64,000 nucleotides of DNA, from assembly GCF_013315695.1 (NCBI RefSeq), contig NZ_CP054353.1. One strand, written 5' to 3'. Shown here piece after piece: positions 11,990 to 26,889 of this stretch. Below the pieces are notes generated by a model. It was not told the origin of the DNA. It did not search any database and was given only the letters and a program-made list of their open reading frames with translations. How positions within the stretch are numbered: position 1 is the first letter of the stretch; each line of letters begins with the position of its first letter. The DNA comes from Escherichia coli. GTDB lineage: Bacteria > Pseudomonadota > Gammaproteobacteria > Enterobacterales > Enterobacteriaceae. The translations under genes were made by a program, and so were the position numbers.

Positions 11990-13002
11990 TAGTACAGATA
12001 CTCCTGCACCAGTTTCTCGGCGATTTTTACTGCCATCAGCGCGCCGCCAAAGCGAACGTTATCGGCCACCGACCAGAACTGGACTTGCTCCGGCATACCG
12101 TAGTCATTACGTACGCAGCCAACGGAAAGATGCGGCGTACCAGAAGCATCCCCCACCTGAGTCGGGAATTCGTTCTCTTCAGAGAGCACAATATCTTCGC
12201 CCTGAGCAAACGCATCACGCGCTTCTTCTGCCGCCAGCGGACGCAGTGCTTCAAAGTTGACCATCTGGGCATGACCATAGAATACCGGTGCCTGGACGAC
12301 GCTTGCCGAAATCATCAGCCCTTCGTCCTGCAGGATTTTGCGTACTTCGTCAACGATACGACGTTCTTCACGCACGCTACCTTCGCTATCCGGCAGTAAC
12401 GGCAGCATATTGAATGCCAGCTGACGCCCGAAGAAATCTTCTTCGTCAATCGGAATGCCATTGAGTAATTTCGCACTCTGCCCCGCTAACGCATCGACCG
12501 CTTTTTTGCCCTGGGCGGAGGCTGAAATCAGGCTGGTAACGCTGATACGCGACAAACCGCCCTGATCGATTAACGGTTTCAGTGCCGCCAGCAGTTGGCT
12601 GGTCAGACTGTCCGGTACGGCGATGACATTTCGGTTGCGGTAATCGGTCAGTACAAACGGGTTTACTTCCGGCACCACCAGCGGTACGTCAGGTTCGAGA
12701 GCAAACAATCCGCTGCTGTCGATCACCAGACAACCTGAGTTGGTCGCTTCTTCAACCCAGGCAGCGGTAGCTTCTTTGCCTGCGACAAAAAACGCCAGCT
12801 GCGCCTGCGTCCAGTCGAATTCAGCAGCATCCTGCACGGTGATTGTCTTACCACCAAAGCGCAGTTGTTCGCCTGCGCTTTCGTTACGTGCCAGTGCATA
12901 AATTTCCCCAACCGGGAACTGACGTTCAGCCAGCGTTTCAAGCAGGGCTTCGCCCACAGCGCCAGTTGCGCCCAGGACGGCAATGTTCCAGCCTTCAGAC
13001 AT
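11989..13002 (-). CDS. usg: semialdehyde dehydrogenase-like protein Usg
   Basis: 337-aa ORF with N-terminal Rossmann motif VLGATGAVG; overlaps truA start by 1 bp. Confidence 0.9.
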   Translation of the reverse strand: MSEGWNIAVLGATGAVGEALLETLAERQFPVGEIYALARNESAGEQLRFGGKTITVQDAAEFDWTQAQLAFFVAGKEATAAWVEEATNSGCLVIDSSGLFALEPDVPLVVPEVNPFVLTDYRNRNVIAVPDSLTSQLLAALKPLIDQGGLSRISVTSLISASAQGKKAVDALAGQSAKLLNGIPIDEEDFFGRQLAFNMLPLLPDSEGSVREERRIVDEVRKILQDEGLMISASVVQAPVFYGHAQMVNFEALRPLAAEEARDAFAQGEDIVLSEENEFPTQVGDASGTPHLSVGCVRNDYGMPEQVQFWSVADNVRFGGALMAVKIAEKLVQEYLY

Positions 13003-13067
13003 GGTGGTTTACTCCAGAAATAGCAAAGCTCCCTGCCAATATTACAGCAGAGAGCATGAAGAAGAGA

Positions 13068-14204
13068 TTAACGTGCCGGATGATGAACGGCGTTAAAACC
13101 CAGTTTACACAGCAATGATGCCGCGCTGGCGTCATCACAAATCACATACAGAGATGACCATTCACGGCGCTCAAGATAGTTTTTGCGCAGTTTATCGAAC
13201 TCACCCGGTATCCCGGCGACTTTACGCAGCGGTGCGTCATCGCGGCGCACATCATACACCAAATGCACCAGCCTTTTCAGCGTTGGCTGATCGAGCGGGC
13301 CATGCAGCGTAATGCGACCAAACTCTGGCGCGGGCAGTAATGTATCCAGCGCAACGTGCTGTTCATGCCCAATAAACTTGCTATAAGCTTCAAACACTTG
13401 CGTAGTACCGCGTGCTTTACCTTCCAGGGTATAGCCTGCGATATGCGGCGTGCCGATATCCACTTTTTTCAGCAATTCCACGTTAAGTTCCGGTTCGCCT
13501 TCCCAGACATCCAGCACTACGCTTAACTTCTGGCCTTCGTTCAGGCTGGTCAGCAGGGCGGTATTATCGACAACTGCGCCACGGCAGGCGTTAATCAGAA
13601 TCGCTCCTGGTTTCAGGCTGCGGATCAGTTTTTCATCCGCCAGATGCAGCGTTTTGTACGGACCATCTTTAAAGAGTGGCGTATGGAAAGTCAGAATATC
13701 CGCATGCTGAACTAATTCATCCAGCGAGCGGAAATCCCCCTCATCCCCACGGTCGGCGCGGGGCGGATCGCAAAGTAAGGTTTTGATCCCTAACGCTTCC
13801 AGTCGCGCCTGTAAACGACGACCAACGTTACCAACGCCCACGATCCCCACGGTACGCTCGTACAGTGAAAATCCATCGCGTTCGGCAAGCATCAGCAGTG
13901 AGGAGAAAACATATTCCACCACCGCAATCGCATTACAGCCAGGTGCCGCGGAAAAACCAATTCCCGCCTGCTTTAACCACGCTTCATCGACATGGTCGGT
14001 CCCCGCGGTGGCAGTGCCAACAAATTTAATGGGTTTTCCTGCCAGCAAAGATTCATTCACTTTCGTGACCGAACGCACCATAAGCGCATCCGCGTCGGCC
14101 AGTTGAGCGACGGGAATTGGACGCCCGGGAACCGCGGTCACCTCACCCAAACGGCTAAATAAGTCGCGGGCATAAGGCATATTTTCATCAACAAGGATTT
14201 TCAC
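13068..14204 (-). CDS. pdxB: erythronate-4-phosphate dehydrogenase
   Basis: 378-aa D-isomer 2-hydroxyacid dehydrogenase-type ORF ([12 protein letters not shown] motif); position. Confidence 0.94.
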   Translation of the reverse strand: MKILVDENMPYARDLFSRLGEVTAVPGRPIPVAQLADADALMVRSVTKVNESLLAGKPIKFVGTATAGTDHVDEAWLKQAGIGFSAAPGCNAIAVVEYVFSSLLMLAERDGFSLYERTVGIVGVGNVGRRLQARLEALGIKTLLCDPPRADRGDEGDFRSLDELVQHADILTFHTPLFKDGPYKTLHLADEKLIRSLKPGAILINACRGAVVDNTALLTSLNEGQKLSVVLDVWEGEPELNVELLKKVDIGTPHIAGYTLEGKARGTTQVFEAYSKFIGHEQHVALDTLLPAPEFGRITLHGPLDQPTLKRLVHLVYDVRRDDAPLRKVAGIPGEFDKLRKNYLERREWSSLYVICDDASAASLLCKLGFNAVHHPAR

Positions 14205-14302
14205 GTTTGTGTTACCTGTATGAGACGAGAGTTAACCGGACAAGTGTGCCATAATCTCGCGGCCAGGCATACTTGCGAAGATTTCAGGTATAAGGATACG
14301 TA

Positions 14303-16476
<2,174 letters not shown>

Positions 16477-16632
16477 TTACTCCAGAATGCAGCGCAAGGC
16501 GAGGAGTATCCCCGTCTCATCTCTCTGGTTTCAGGGTTACGGTGCGTTGGCAGGATTTAACGCGTACGTCTTTTCTGAAGGAAATCGACAAAGCGGGAAG
16601 TTTGCCTGGAACTGGCGGCGATTGTCAATGAT

Positions 16633-16662
16633 GTGAAAAAGGGAACCATCGGGTTCCCTTTT
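16633..16662 (-). terminator. rho-independent terminator downstream of fabB
   Basis: GGGAACC-ATCG-GGTTCCC hairpin flanked by A-run and T-run (bidirectional). Confidence 0.65.
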
Positions 16663-16695
16663 GCGTTAGTGCCGGAGGCCGCATTGGCGCGCAAC

Positions 16696-16731
16696 GTCGG
16701 ATGCGGCGCTGGCGCGTCTTATCCGACCTAC
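16696..16731. repeat. REP element
   Basis: GTCGGATGCGGCGCTGGCGCGTCTTATCCGACCTAC matches REP consensus; between fabB and yfcJ. Confidence 0.8.
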
Positions 16732-16737
16732 TCCGAA

Positions 16738-17958
16738 TTAATCTTTCAGCTTGCGCATTACCAGCGTGGCGTTAGTGCCGCCGAAGCCGAAGCTGTTAGA
16801 CATAACGGTGGTCAGTTCGCGATCGGTCGTTTCGGTCACGATGTTCAGACCCGCAGCCTGCTCGTCCAGCTCTTCAATGTTGATGCTCGGGGCGATAAAA
16901 CCGTGTTCCAGCATCAGCAGAGAGTAGATAGCTTCCTGTACGCCAGCAGCGCCCAGTGAGTGACCGGTCATTGCTTTGGTTGCAGAAATCGCCGGGCTCT
17001 TATCGCCGAACACTTCACGGATAGCTGCCAGTTCTTTCACGTCGCCAACCGGAGTCGAAGTACCATGAGAGTTCAGGTAGTCGATTGGGGTATCAACACC
17101 GTGCATCGCCATCTTCATGCAGCGCACTGCACCTTCGCCAGACGGAGCAACCATGTCTGCGCCATCAGAGGTTGCGCCGTAGCCAACGATTTCAGCATAG
17201 ATGTGAGCACCACGCGCCAGCGCGTGTTCCAGCTCTTCAACCACTACCATACCGCCACCGCCAGCGATAACGAAACCGTCACGGTGAGCGTCGTAAGTAC
17301 GGGAGGCTTTTTCCGGGGTGTCGTTGTATTTAGTAGACAGCGCACCCATCGCGTCGAATTCGCAAGCCATTTCCCAGCACAGCTCTTCGCCGCCGCCAGC
17401 AAACACGATGTCCTGTTTGCCCAGTTGGATCTGCTCTACTGCGTTACCGATACAGTGTGCGGAAGTCGCACACGCGGAGCTGATGGAGTAGTTAACGCCG
17501 TGAATTTTAAACGGCGTGGCGAGGCAGGCAGAAACGCCGGATGCCATCGCTTTGGTGACCACATACGGGCCAACCGCTTTCAGGCCGCGCGGGCCGCGCA
17601 TTGCGTCAGCGCCGAAAACCTGGAAACGCGGGGAGCCGCCGCCGGAACCTGCAATCAGGCCAACGCGCGGGTTATTCTGGTAAGCTTCCGGGGAGAGGCC
17701 AGCATCTGCAATTGCCTGCTCCATAGAAAGGAATGCATAAATGGATGCGTCGCTCATAAAGCGCACAACTTTGCGGTCAATGAGGCCAGTGGTATCCAGT
17801 TTTACGTTGCCCCAGACGTGGCTACGCATGCCGGAATCCTTCAGCTCCTGAGAGAAAGTGATCCCTGAACGTCCTTCACGCAGAGATGCCAGGACTTCCT
17901 GCTGGTTATTACCGATGCTGGAAACAATGCCCAGGCCAGTAATCACTGCACGTTTCAT
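16738..17958 (-). CDS. fabB: 3-oxoacyl-ACP synthase I
   Basis: 406-aa ketoacyl synthase ORF; length and position match FabB. Confidence 0.96.
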
Positions 17959-18005
17959 TCAATACCTCTGTAAGTCGCACATAGAGTAAGTTTCGCATGC
18001 ACAAT

Positions 18006-18037
18006 AGCGTACACTTGTACGCCGAACAAGTCCGATC
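18006..18037. promoter_or_regulatory. palindromic operator in fabB promoter region (candidate FabR site with adjacent FadR-like half-site)
   Basis: Near-perfect inverted repeat AGCGTACA-CT-TGTACGCC about 50 bp upstream of fabB ATG, followed by GAACAAGTCCGATC; fabB is known to be controlled by FabR and FadR. Confidence 0.55.
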
Positions 18038-18050
18038 AGCCAATTAATAG

Positions 18051-20123
<2,073 letters not shown>

Positions 20124-20141
20124 TCTGCTCTGGCATTGCTT

Positions 20142-20173
20142 GCCGGATATGGCGTGAACGCCGCATCCGGCAC
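20142..20173. repeat. REP element between convergent mnmC and yfcL
   Basis: GCCGGATATGGCGTGAACGCCGCATCCGGCAC, palindromic REP-type sequence. Confidence 0.8.
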
Positions 20174-20178
20174 ATTAC

Positions 20179-20457
20179 TTACTGCTGTGACGCCTGCTGA
20201 AACAGGTGTTCCCACATATCGGTCACCAGCGCCTGGTCACGCGGCGACAATTCACCGGCACCAATGGCTTTTTCCAGACTCTGGCTAACGGTTGTATGTA
20301 CCGCCTGAGCGGAGTGGTCGTCACCACTTTCCAGTTCTGCGATGGCTAATGTCAGGTGGCCACGCAAATACCCACTGGCAAACAACTCATCATCACTGGC
20401 ATGGTCAACCATACCGTCGATTAATGCCAGAATGCGTGATTCAAACTCCGCGATCAT
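20179..20457 (-). CDS. yfcL: uncharacterised small protein YfcL
   Basis: 92-aa ORF in conserved position downstream of epmC. Confidence 0.85.
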   Translation of the reverse strand: MIAEFESRILALIDGMVDHASDDELFASGYLRGHLTLAIAELESGDDHSAQAVHTTVSQSLEKAIGAGELSPRDQALVTDMWEHLFQQASQQ

Positions 20458-20490
20458 CTTCTTTCCTCATTGTAAAACGTGGCGCTGGCT

Positions 20491-21039
20491 TCAGTTGAGC
20501 GCTTCCGGCCACGGGAACTGTTCCGCCGTAAGTTCCGGCGTGTGATAATAATTTTGTAGTGCTTTAATGAAGCGTGCCGGACGTTCGGGAATGCCGTTTG
20601 CCAGATAATCCATCACCTGCGCATGTACCCGCCGTTGAAACACCACACGATCCGGTTCGAAATCCCCTTCCAGATTGTCGCAACTGACATTAAACGGATA
20701 TCCCGCCGCCACACAGAACAACCAGTCCAGCGCCTGCGGCTTCACTTCAACATCTTCAAACTGGCTTTGCGTTTGGGCATCGCGTCCGTCGGGACAATAC
20801 CAGTAGCCGAAATCAACCAGCTCACGGCGCGCTTTCCCGGCAATACACCAGTGCGAAATCTCATGAATTGCGCTGGCATAAAAGCCATGAGCAAAGACGA
20901 TTCGGTTATACGGTACTTCCGCATCAGCAGGAAGATAGATCGGTTCGTCGTCGCCTTTAATCAGACGGGAATTAAAATCATCGGCAAAGCAGCTATTAAA
21001 AATTTCAATCAACTGCTCATAGTGGTGTGTACTGTTCAT
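20491..21039 (-). CDS. epmC: EF-P lysine hydroxylase
   Basis: 182-aa ORF; position between yfcA and yfcL. Confidence 0.88.
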   Translation of the reverse strand: MNSTHHYEQLIEIFNSCFADDFNSRLIKGDDEPIYLPADAEVPYNRIVFAHGFYASAIHEISHWCIAGKARRELVDFGYWYCPDGRDAQTQSQFEDVEVKPQALDWLFCVAAGYPFNVSCDNLEGDFEPDRVVFQRRVHAQVMDYLANGIPERPARFIKALQNYYHTPELTAEQFPWPEALN

Positions 21040-21848
21040 TAGTTCATCCCCAACCAGTGGAGGATCTCCTGTCCATGGCTATCGTAAAGTAATTTGGCAC
21101 TCATCACCGCCGAGACGATAACGATCATCGGGCGGATCAGCTTTTGTCCTTTGCTCAACACCAGTCTTGAACCCATGCGCGCGCCGAGGAACTGCCCCAC
21201 CAGCATCACAAAGCCCGTCGCCCAAATCACTTTGCCGCCGAGAATAAACAGCAGCAAACCACCGATGTTTGACGTTGCGTTGAGTAATTTGGCGTGGGCC
21301 GTGGCTTTGGCGAGGTTGAATCCGCACAGCGTAACGAAGGCCAGCGCGTAAAACGACCCAGCAGCCGGGCCAAAGAAGCCGTCATAAAAACCGACGCAGC
21401 CACCGGCAATTAACGCGAAGGGTAAACCGTACATCCGACGCTGGCGATCTTCTTCACCCAGCTTTGGCATCAGCAAGAAATAGAGGCCGATACAAATCAC
21501 CAGGATCGGTAAAATCTGCCGTAAGACATCAGCCTGAACATACTGTACCAGCAATGCGCCGCTCATTGAGCCGACAAAGGTCATGGCGATATTGAGTTTC
21601 TGATCGCTTAAGCTAACCACTTTGCGCCGAATAAAGTAGATAGTGGCGGAAATAGAGCCGCCGCAGGCTTGCAGTTTATTAGTTGCCAGCGCGTTAGCCG
21701 GAGACATCCCCGCCGCCATCAATGCCGGAATGGTGAGTAACCCACCGCCACCGGCAATCGAGTCGATAAATCCCGCCAGCATGGCGACAAAAAAGAGAAC
21801 TCCCAGCAACAGCGGGGAAACCATAAACAGGCTATTAAACGTTTCCAT
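21039..21848 (-). CDS. yfcA: TauE/SafE-family membrane protein
   Basis: 269-aa glycine-rich polytopic membrane ORF; 1-bp overlaps with neighbours. Confidence 0.88.
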   Translation of the reverse strand: METFNSLFMVSPLLLGVLFFVAMLAGFIDSIAGGGGLLTIPALMAAGMSPANALATNKLQACGGSISATIYFIRRKVVSLSDQKLNIAMTFVGSMSGALLVQYVQADVLRQILPILVICIGLYFLLMPKLGEEDRQRRMYGLPFALIAGGCVGFYDGFFGPAAGSFYALAFVTLCGFNLAKATAHAKLLNATSNIGGLLLFILGGKVIWATGFVMLVGQFLGARMGSRLVLSKGQKLIRPMIVIVSAVMSAKLLYDSHGQEILHWLGMN

Positions 21849-22672
21849 TAGATCACGTGCTCATCCAGTAGCGCCTGGCAGGAAGGCGGCAACGGAGGCG
21901 GTGTCTTCTTCTCAGGCTTTGTTGTTCCCGGTTTTGGTGGTTCAAACCAGCTTTGCAGTTCTGCCCCGCAACCATCGCCTGGTGGTGGTAAAGGTTGATC
22001 TTCACACTCCAGACTATCGGCAGGACAACGTAATCGTACATGCATATGCGCGCGATGCTGGAACCAGGGTCGCACTTTACGTAACCAGTCGCGATCGGTG
22101 CCCGCATCAAGGCAAAGTTGTTGTTTAATCGCCGGATTAACAAAAATGCGCGTGACGTCTTTGTCCTGGGCGGCGAGTTTGATCAAGCTGAAAATTTCTG
22201 GCTTCCACAGCGCGGGGACAACGTGTTTACCGTCGCGGGATACTAAGTCCAGTGCTTGCGGGCGCAAGAGCTGCGCGGAGGTCCAGCGTGTTTTTGGCAG
22301 TTGCAGGAAGATATCGACATCCAGTCCGGTCTGGTGGCTGGCGTGACCGCCGTTGAAACGACCACCAGCAGGCATCCCCATATCGCCAATCAGCACCGTA
22401 CCCATGCCCAGATTGCTCACCTGGCGACTCAGACGCTGGATAAACATCACCAGATCCGGATGTCCGAAATAGCGACGCTGATCGGTACGCATGACCTGAT
22501 AATGCTCGGACTGTATCGGCAGCGTGTCAGCGCCGACGATACAACCATTGGAAAAGCTGCCTATCGATTGTGCGCTACCCGGCACAGGTTGGGTTATTTT
22601 TTGCCACGGCGTCGCTGCCAGGCTGGCGCTACTGGCAAGCAGGGCCAGCAGCGCAATCGCGGTTTTGTTCAT
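21848..22672 (-). CDS. mepA: penicillin-insensitive murein endopeptidase
   Basis: 274-aa ORF with signal peptide; position upstream (operon) with aroC. Confidence 0.92.
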   Translation of the reverse strand: MNKTAIALLALLASSASLAATPWQKITQPVPGSAQSIGSFSNGCIVGADTLPIQSEHYQVMRTDQRRYFGHPDLVMFIQRLSRQVSNLGMGTVLIGDMGMPAGGRFNGGHASHQTGLDVDIFLQLPKTRWTSAQLLRPQALDLVSRDGKHVVPALWKPEIFSLIKLAAQDKDVTRIFVNPAIKQQLCLDAGTDRDWLRKVRPWFQHRAHMHVRLRCPADSLECEDQPLPPPGDGCGAELQSWFEPPKPGTTKPEKKTPPPLPPSCQALLDEHVI

Positions 22673-22675
22673 TTT

Positions 22676-23761
22676 TTACCAGCGTGGAATATCAGTCTTC
22701 ACATCGGCATTTTGCGCCCGTTGCCGTAACAGGTGATCCATTAAAACGATCGCCAGCATCGCTTCCGCGATCGGCACCGCGCGGATCCCAACACAAGGAT
22801 CGTGACGACCTTTGGTGATCATCTCAACTTCTTCGCCAAAGCGGTTAATGGTGCGCCCCGGCACGGTAATACTGGAGGTTGGCTTCAGCGCCATATGGGC
22901 AATGATTTGCTGCCCGCTGCTGATACCGCCAAGAATGCCGCCCGCATGGTTGCTCTGGAATCCGTCTTTGGTGATTTCGTCGCGGTTCTGGCTGCCACGC
23001 AGCGCTACCACGTCAAAACCATCACCAATTTCTACGCCTTTCACCGCGTTGATGCTCATCAGCGCATGGGCGATGTCGGCATCCAGGCGATCAAAGACCG
23101 GCTCGCCAAGTCCGGCGGGTACGCCACTGGCAACAACGGTGACTTTCGCGCCAATGGAGTCGCCCTCTTTTTTCAGCGCGCGCATCAGTTCATCTAAGGC
23201 TTCGATTTTGTCCGGGTCCGGGCAGAAGAACGGATTGTGCTCGACCTGCGACCAGTCTTTGATTTCCAGCGGAATGTCACCCATCTGGGTCAGGCAGCCG
23301 CGGATTTCGATACCAAATTTCTCGGCGAGATATTTTTTGGCAATCGCCCCTGCCGCCACGCGCATAGCGGTTTCACGGGCGGAAGAACGTCCACCGCCGC
23401 GATAATCGCGCAGGCCGTATTTTTGTTCATAGGTGTAATCGGCATGACCTGGACGGAAAACGTCCTTAATCGCACTATAATCCTGAGAACGCTGGTCGGT
23501 ATTTTCGATCAACAATCCGATGCTGGTGCCGGTAGTAACGCCTTCAAAAACACCGGAGAGAATTTTGACCTGATCCGGCTCACGGCGCTGGGTGGTATAA
23601 CGTGATGTCCCAGGGCGACGACGGTCGAGGTCATGTTGCAGGTCCGCTTCCGTCAGCGGAATGCCTGGCGGAACACCATCGACGATGCAGCCGAGCGCCA
23701 GCCCGTGCGATTCGCCGAAGGTGGTTACGCGAAAGAGTTGTCCAATTGTGTTTCCAGCCAT
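22676..23761 (-). CDS. aroC: chorismate synthase
   Basis: Start at the ATG giving [20 protein letters not shown] (361 aa); the track's extra first codon is GTG. Confidence 0.95.
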   Translation of the reverse strand: MAGNTIGQLFRVTTFGESHGLALGCIVDGVPPGIPLTEADLQHDLDRRRPGTSRYTTQRREPDQVKILSGVFEGVTTGTSIGLLIENTDQRSQDYSAIKDVFRPGHADYTYEQKYGLRDYRGGGRSSARETAMRVAAGAIAKKYLAEKFGIEIRGCLTQMGDIPLEIKDWSQVEHNPFFCPDPDKIEALDELMRALKKEGDSIGAKVTVVASGVPAGLGEPVFDRLDADIAHALMSINAVKGVEIGDGFDVVALRGSQNRDEITKDGFQSNHAGGILGGISSGQQIIAHMALKPTSSITVPGRTINRFGEEVEMITKGRHDPCVGIRAVPIAEAMLAIVLMDHLLRQRAQNADVKTDIPRW

Positions 23762-23795
23762 CACGGCTCCGTTATTGTTGTGTTTGCGTGTTTAC

Positions 23796-24728
23796 TTAAT
23801 CTTTATAAATCGCGAAATGTTCACGGGCCGCCAGCAGCTGCTCTTTGGTGAGCATAAACACACCATCGCCGCCGTTATCAAACTCCAGCCAGGTGAACGG
23901 AACATCCGGATATTGTTCCATAAGATGTACCATGCTGTTGCCGACTTCACAAATCAGCACGCCATCATCAGCGAGGTAATCTGCCGCGTTTCCGAGAATG
24001 CGACGCGTCAGTTTCAGGCCGTCGGTGCCAGATGCCAGGCCCAGTTCCGGCTCGTGGCGGTATTCGTTTGGCAGGTCGGACATATCTTCCGCATCGACAT
24101 ACGGCGGGTTAGTGACAATCAGGTCGTACTGCACTTTCGGCAAGTCGCGGAACAGATCGGACCGAATAGGAATGACGTTGTGGATCAGACCGTGTTCTTC
24201 GATATTCTGTTCGGCAACCGCCAGCGCGTCGGGAGAGATATCAACCGCGTCGACTTCTGCATCCGGGAAGGCATAAGCACAGGCAATCGCAATGCAGCCG
24301 CTACCGGTACACATATCTAAAATGTGCTGCGGTTGCTTGCTGATGAGTCCGGCAAATTTATTGTTGATCAGTTCACCAATCGGCGAGCGCGGCACCAGCA
24401 CACGTTCATCGACGTAAAATTCATGACCGCAGAACCAGGCTTTGTTGGTCAGGTAGGCCACCGGAATGCGTTCGTTGACGCGGCGGATCACGCGCTCAAC
24501 AATACGGTGTTTTTCGCTGGAGGTCAGACGCGCGGTGCGCATGTCTTCTGGGATATCCAGCGGCAGGTAGAGCGAAGGCAACACCAGTTGCACGGCTTCA
24601 TCCCACGGATTATCGGTGCCGTGACCATACCAGATATTCGCCGCGCTGAAGCGGCTCACCGACCAGCGCAACATGTCCTGAATGGTTTGCAGCTCATTTA
24701 CTGCTTCATCAACGAAAATTTTATCCAC
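23796..24728 (-). CDS. prmB: ribosomal protein uL3 glutamine N5-methyltransferase
   Basis: Start placed at the GTG giving (M)[12 protein letters not shown] (310 aa); NPPY methyltransferase motif present (LIVTNPPYV); the 421-aa track ORF is an upstream extension. Confidence 0.9.
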   Translation of the reverse strand: MDKIFVDEAVNELQTIQDMLRWSVSRFSAANIWYGHGTDNPWDEAVQLVLPSLYLPLDIPEDMRTARLTSSEKHRIVERVIRRVNERIPVAYLTNKAWFCGHEFYVDERVLVPRSPIGELINNKFAGLISKQPQHILDMCTGSGCIAIACAYAFPDAEVDAVDISPDALAVAEQNIEEHGLIHNVIPIRSDLFRDLPKVQYDLIVTNPPYVDAEDMSDLPNEYRHEPELGLASGTDGLKLTRRILGNAADYLADDGVLICEVGNSMVHLMEQYPDVPFTWLEFDNGGDGVFMLTKEQLLAAREHFAIYKD

Positions 24729-24893
24729 GTATTCCTCCAGGGCATGATCGCAATAATTTCGGCGGCTAGTTTGCCATGAAGATGACGATAAATCAGCATT
24801 CACGCGCGGTGAGTGAGGAAAAATACGTTTAAAACGATCGATTGCGCTACGAGTCGGGTAAACTGTAGGAAAATTAGAAATAGAGACAGATAA

Positions 24894-25445
24894 ATGAAAA
24901 AGAAAACAACACTTAGCGAGGAGGACCAGGCGCTGTTTCGCCAGTTGATGGCGGGGACTCGCAAGATTAAGCAGGACACGATTGTCCACCGACCGCAGCG
25001 TAAAAAAATCAGCGAAGTGCCGGTCAAGCGGTTGATTCAGGAGCAGGCCGATGCCAGCCATTATTTCTCCGATGAGTTTCAGCCATTATTAAATACCGAA
25101 GGTCCGGTGAAATATGTTCGCCCGGATGTCAGCCATTTTGAAGCGAAGAAACTGCGGCGCGGTGATTATTCCCCGGAGTTGTTTCTTGATTTGCACGGTC
25201 TGACGCAGCTACAAGCCAAACAGGAACTGGGGGCGTTGATTGCCGCCTGCCGCCGTGAACATGTGTTTTGCGCCTGTGTGATGCATGGTCATGGTAAGCA
25301 TATTTTGAAGCAGCAAACGCCACTGTGGCTGGCGCAACATCCCCATGTAATGGCATTTCATCAGGCACCAAAAGAGTATGGTGGCGATGCGGCATTGTTG
25401 GTGCTGATTGAAGTGGAAGAGTGGTTGCCGCCGGAATTACCCTGA
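24894..25445 (+). CDS. smrB: ribosome rescue endonuclease SmrB (Smr domain)
   Basis: 183-aa ORF, divergent from prmB; matches remembered smrB (yfcN) position and length. Confidence 0.9.
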
Positions 25446-25469
25446 CATCATGACGGGCATACGCTTTCA

Positions 25470-25499
25470 CTGACAGACGCCGACGGTTAAGTGTAAGAT
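25470..25499 (+). promoter_or_regulatory. putative sigma70 promoter of the ATPase/HNH cassette
   Basis: CTGACA (-35-like), 18-nt spacer, TAAGAT (-10-like), about 30 bp upstream of the ATPase ATG. Confidence 0.3.
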
Positions 25500-25530
25500 T
25501 ATCCAAACAGAACTCAACGCAGGGCACTCA

Positions 25531-26889
25531 ATGATGAATATCCGCACGCTTAAGCTCACTAATCTGGGGCGGTTTGAAGAACTTGACGTTCATCTGGCTC
25601 CAGTGGAGGAGTTCAAGAGCAATGTGACCGTTTTTATTGGTAATAATGGTGCAGGTAAAACATCAATATTAAAATCGTTGGCAACCAGCCTGAGTTGGTT
25701 CGTTGCCCGAGTTCGTACTGAAAAGGGTAACGGTAGCCTTATTCCTGAAGACGCTATTCTGAACGGTAGGAGTTCGGCGACAATTGAACTTCAGGTACTG
25801 AATACGCATCCAGCGACGGAGGCCGCTACGCCCTACCGTTGGTTGCTTGCCAGAACGGCCAGTGGGAAAAAATCGACCACCGCCTCCAGCCTGCAAGAGG
25901 CCAGCCAATTGGCTGCGTTTTATCGAGATCAATACACCCAGAATAGCGGGGCATCCTTCCCGCTTATCGCCTTCTATCCCGTAGAACGTGTCGTGCTGGA
26001 CGTGCCGTTGAAAATAAAAGAACGTCATAATTTTTTGCAACTGGATGGCTACGATAACGCCCTGAATCAGGGTATTGATTTCCGCCGTTTCTTTGAATGG
26101 TTTCGCAATCGCGAAGATGCAGAAAATGAATCAGGCTTACCGCAAGACGTTCTGGATAAGCTCAGTACCAGGATAGATCTCGATAACACCGTCTTAAATG
26201 CATTAACGGCAATCATGGCCTCGTCCCGGGATCGCCAGTTGACCGCCGTCAGAACGGCCATTAGTCGCTTTATGCCAGGGTTCAGCAACTTACGCGTCAG
26301 GCGTAAACCTCGCCTGCATATGTCGATTGATAAAAATGGCCAGACACTGAATGTGCTGCAATTATCGCAGGGTGAAAAATCACTGATGGCGTTAGTCGGC
26401 GATATTGCTCGCCGCCTGGCAATGATGAACCCGATGTTAGAAAACCCGCTAAACGGCGAGGGAATTGTATTAATTGATGAAGTGGACATGCACCTGCATC
26501 CAACATGGCAGCGTACAATCATCCAGCGTCTGACGACAACATTCCCACATTGCCAGTTTGTCTTAACAACCCACTCTCCTTTAGTGATCAGTGATTGCAA
26601 AGATGTGCTGGTTTATTCTCTGGATGATGGCGAATTAACGCAGCTCCCGTCTCTGTATGGGCAAGATGCGAATACTGTGCTTTTGAATGTGATGGATACG
26701 GATATTCGCAATGCGACAGTGGCAGAAAAACTTAACGATCTTTTGGATCTGATTCAGAAAAACGACTTTATCAACGCTAACGCTCTTCTGAATACGCTAA
26801 GCCTGGAACTTCCTGAAAACCATCTTGAACTGGTGAAAGCCAGAATGCTTCTGCGCAAACAGGAAATTAAACATGCGCGAAATAACTAA
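25531..26889 (+). CDS. ABC-type (AAA_15/AAA_21-like) ATPase, candidate Septu PtuA-like defence ATPase
   Basis: 452-aa ORF: Walker A GNNGAGKTS near residue 37, ABC signature LSQGEKS, Walker B VLIDEVDMHLH, H-loop TTHSP; no TOPRIM-like C-terminal domain; ATG ATG start; overlaps next gene by 17 bp; not in remembered K-12 order at this locus. Confidence 0.7.
   Translation: MMNIRTLKLTNLGRFEELDVHLAPVEEFKSNVTVFIGNNGAGKTSILKSLATSLSWFVARVRTEKGNGSLIPEDAILNGRSSATIELQVLNTHPATEAATPYRWLLARTASGKKSTTASSLQEASQLAAFYRDQYTQNSGASFPLIAFYPVERVVLDVPLKIKERHNFLQLDGYDNALNQGIDFRRFFEWFRNREDAENESGLPQDVLDKLSTRIDLDNTVLNALTAIMASSRDRQLTAVRTAISRFMPGFSNLRVRRKPRLHMSIDKNGQTLNVLQLSQGEKSLMALVGDIARRLAMMNPMLENPLNGEGIVLIDEVDMHLHPTWQRTIIQRLTTTFPHCQFVLTTHSPLVISDCKDVLVYSLDDGELTQLPSLYGQDANTVLLNVMDTDIRNATVAEKLNDLLDLIQKNDFINANALLNTLSLELPENHLELVKARMLLRKQEIKHARNN

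Noticed and set aside
16960..17868. 302-aa plus-strand ORF
   Set aside because: Antisense to fabB; no start context, and fabB fully explains the region.
23661..24320. 219-aa plus-strand ORF
   Set aside because: Antisense across the aroC-prmB junction; shadow ORF.
25129..25527. 132-aa minus-strand ORF next to the cassette
   Set aside because: Mostly antisense to the smrB 3' end; histidine/arginine-rich shadow ORF, not a third cassette gene.
25531..26889. Considered calling the ATPase an OLD-family / Gabija GajA-type protein
   Set aside because: Only about 100 residues follow the H-loop, with no TOPRIM-like acidic motifs, and the partner is an HNH nuclease rather than a helicase; the PtuA-like call fits better, though it is unverified.
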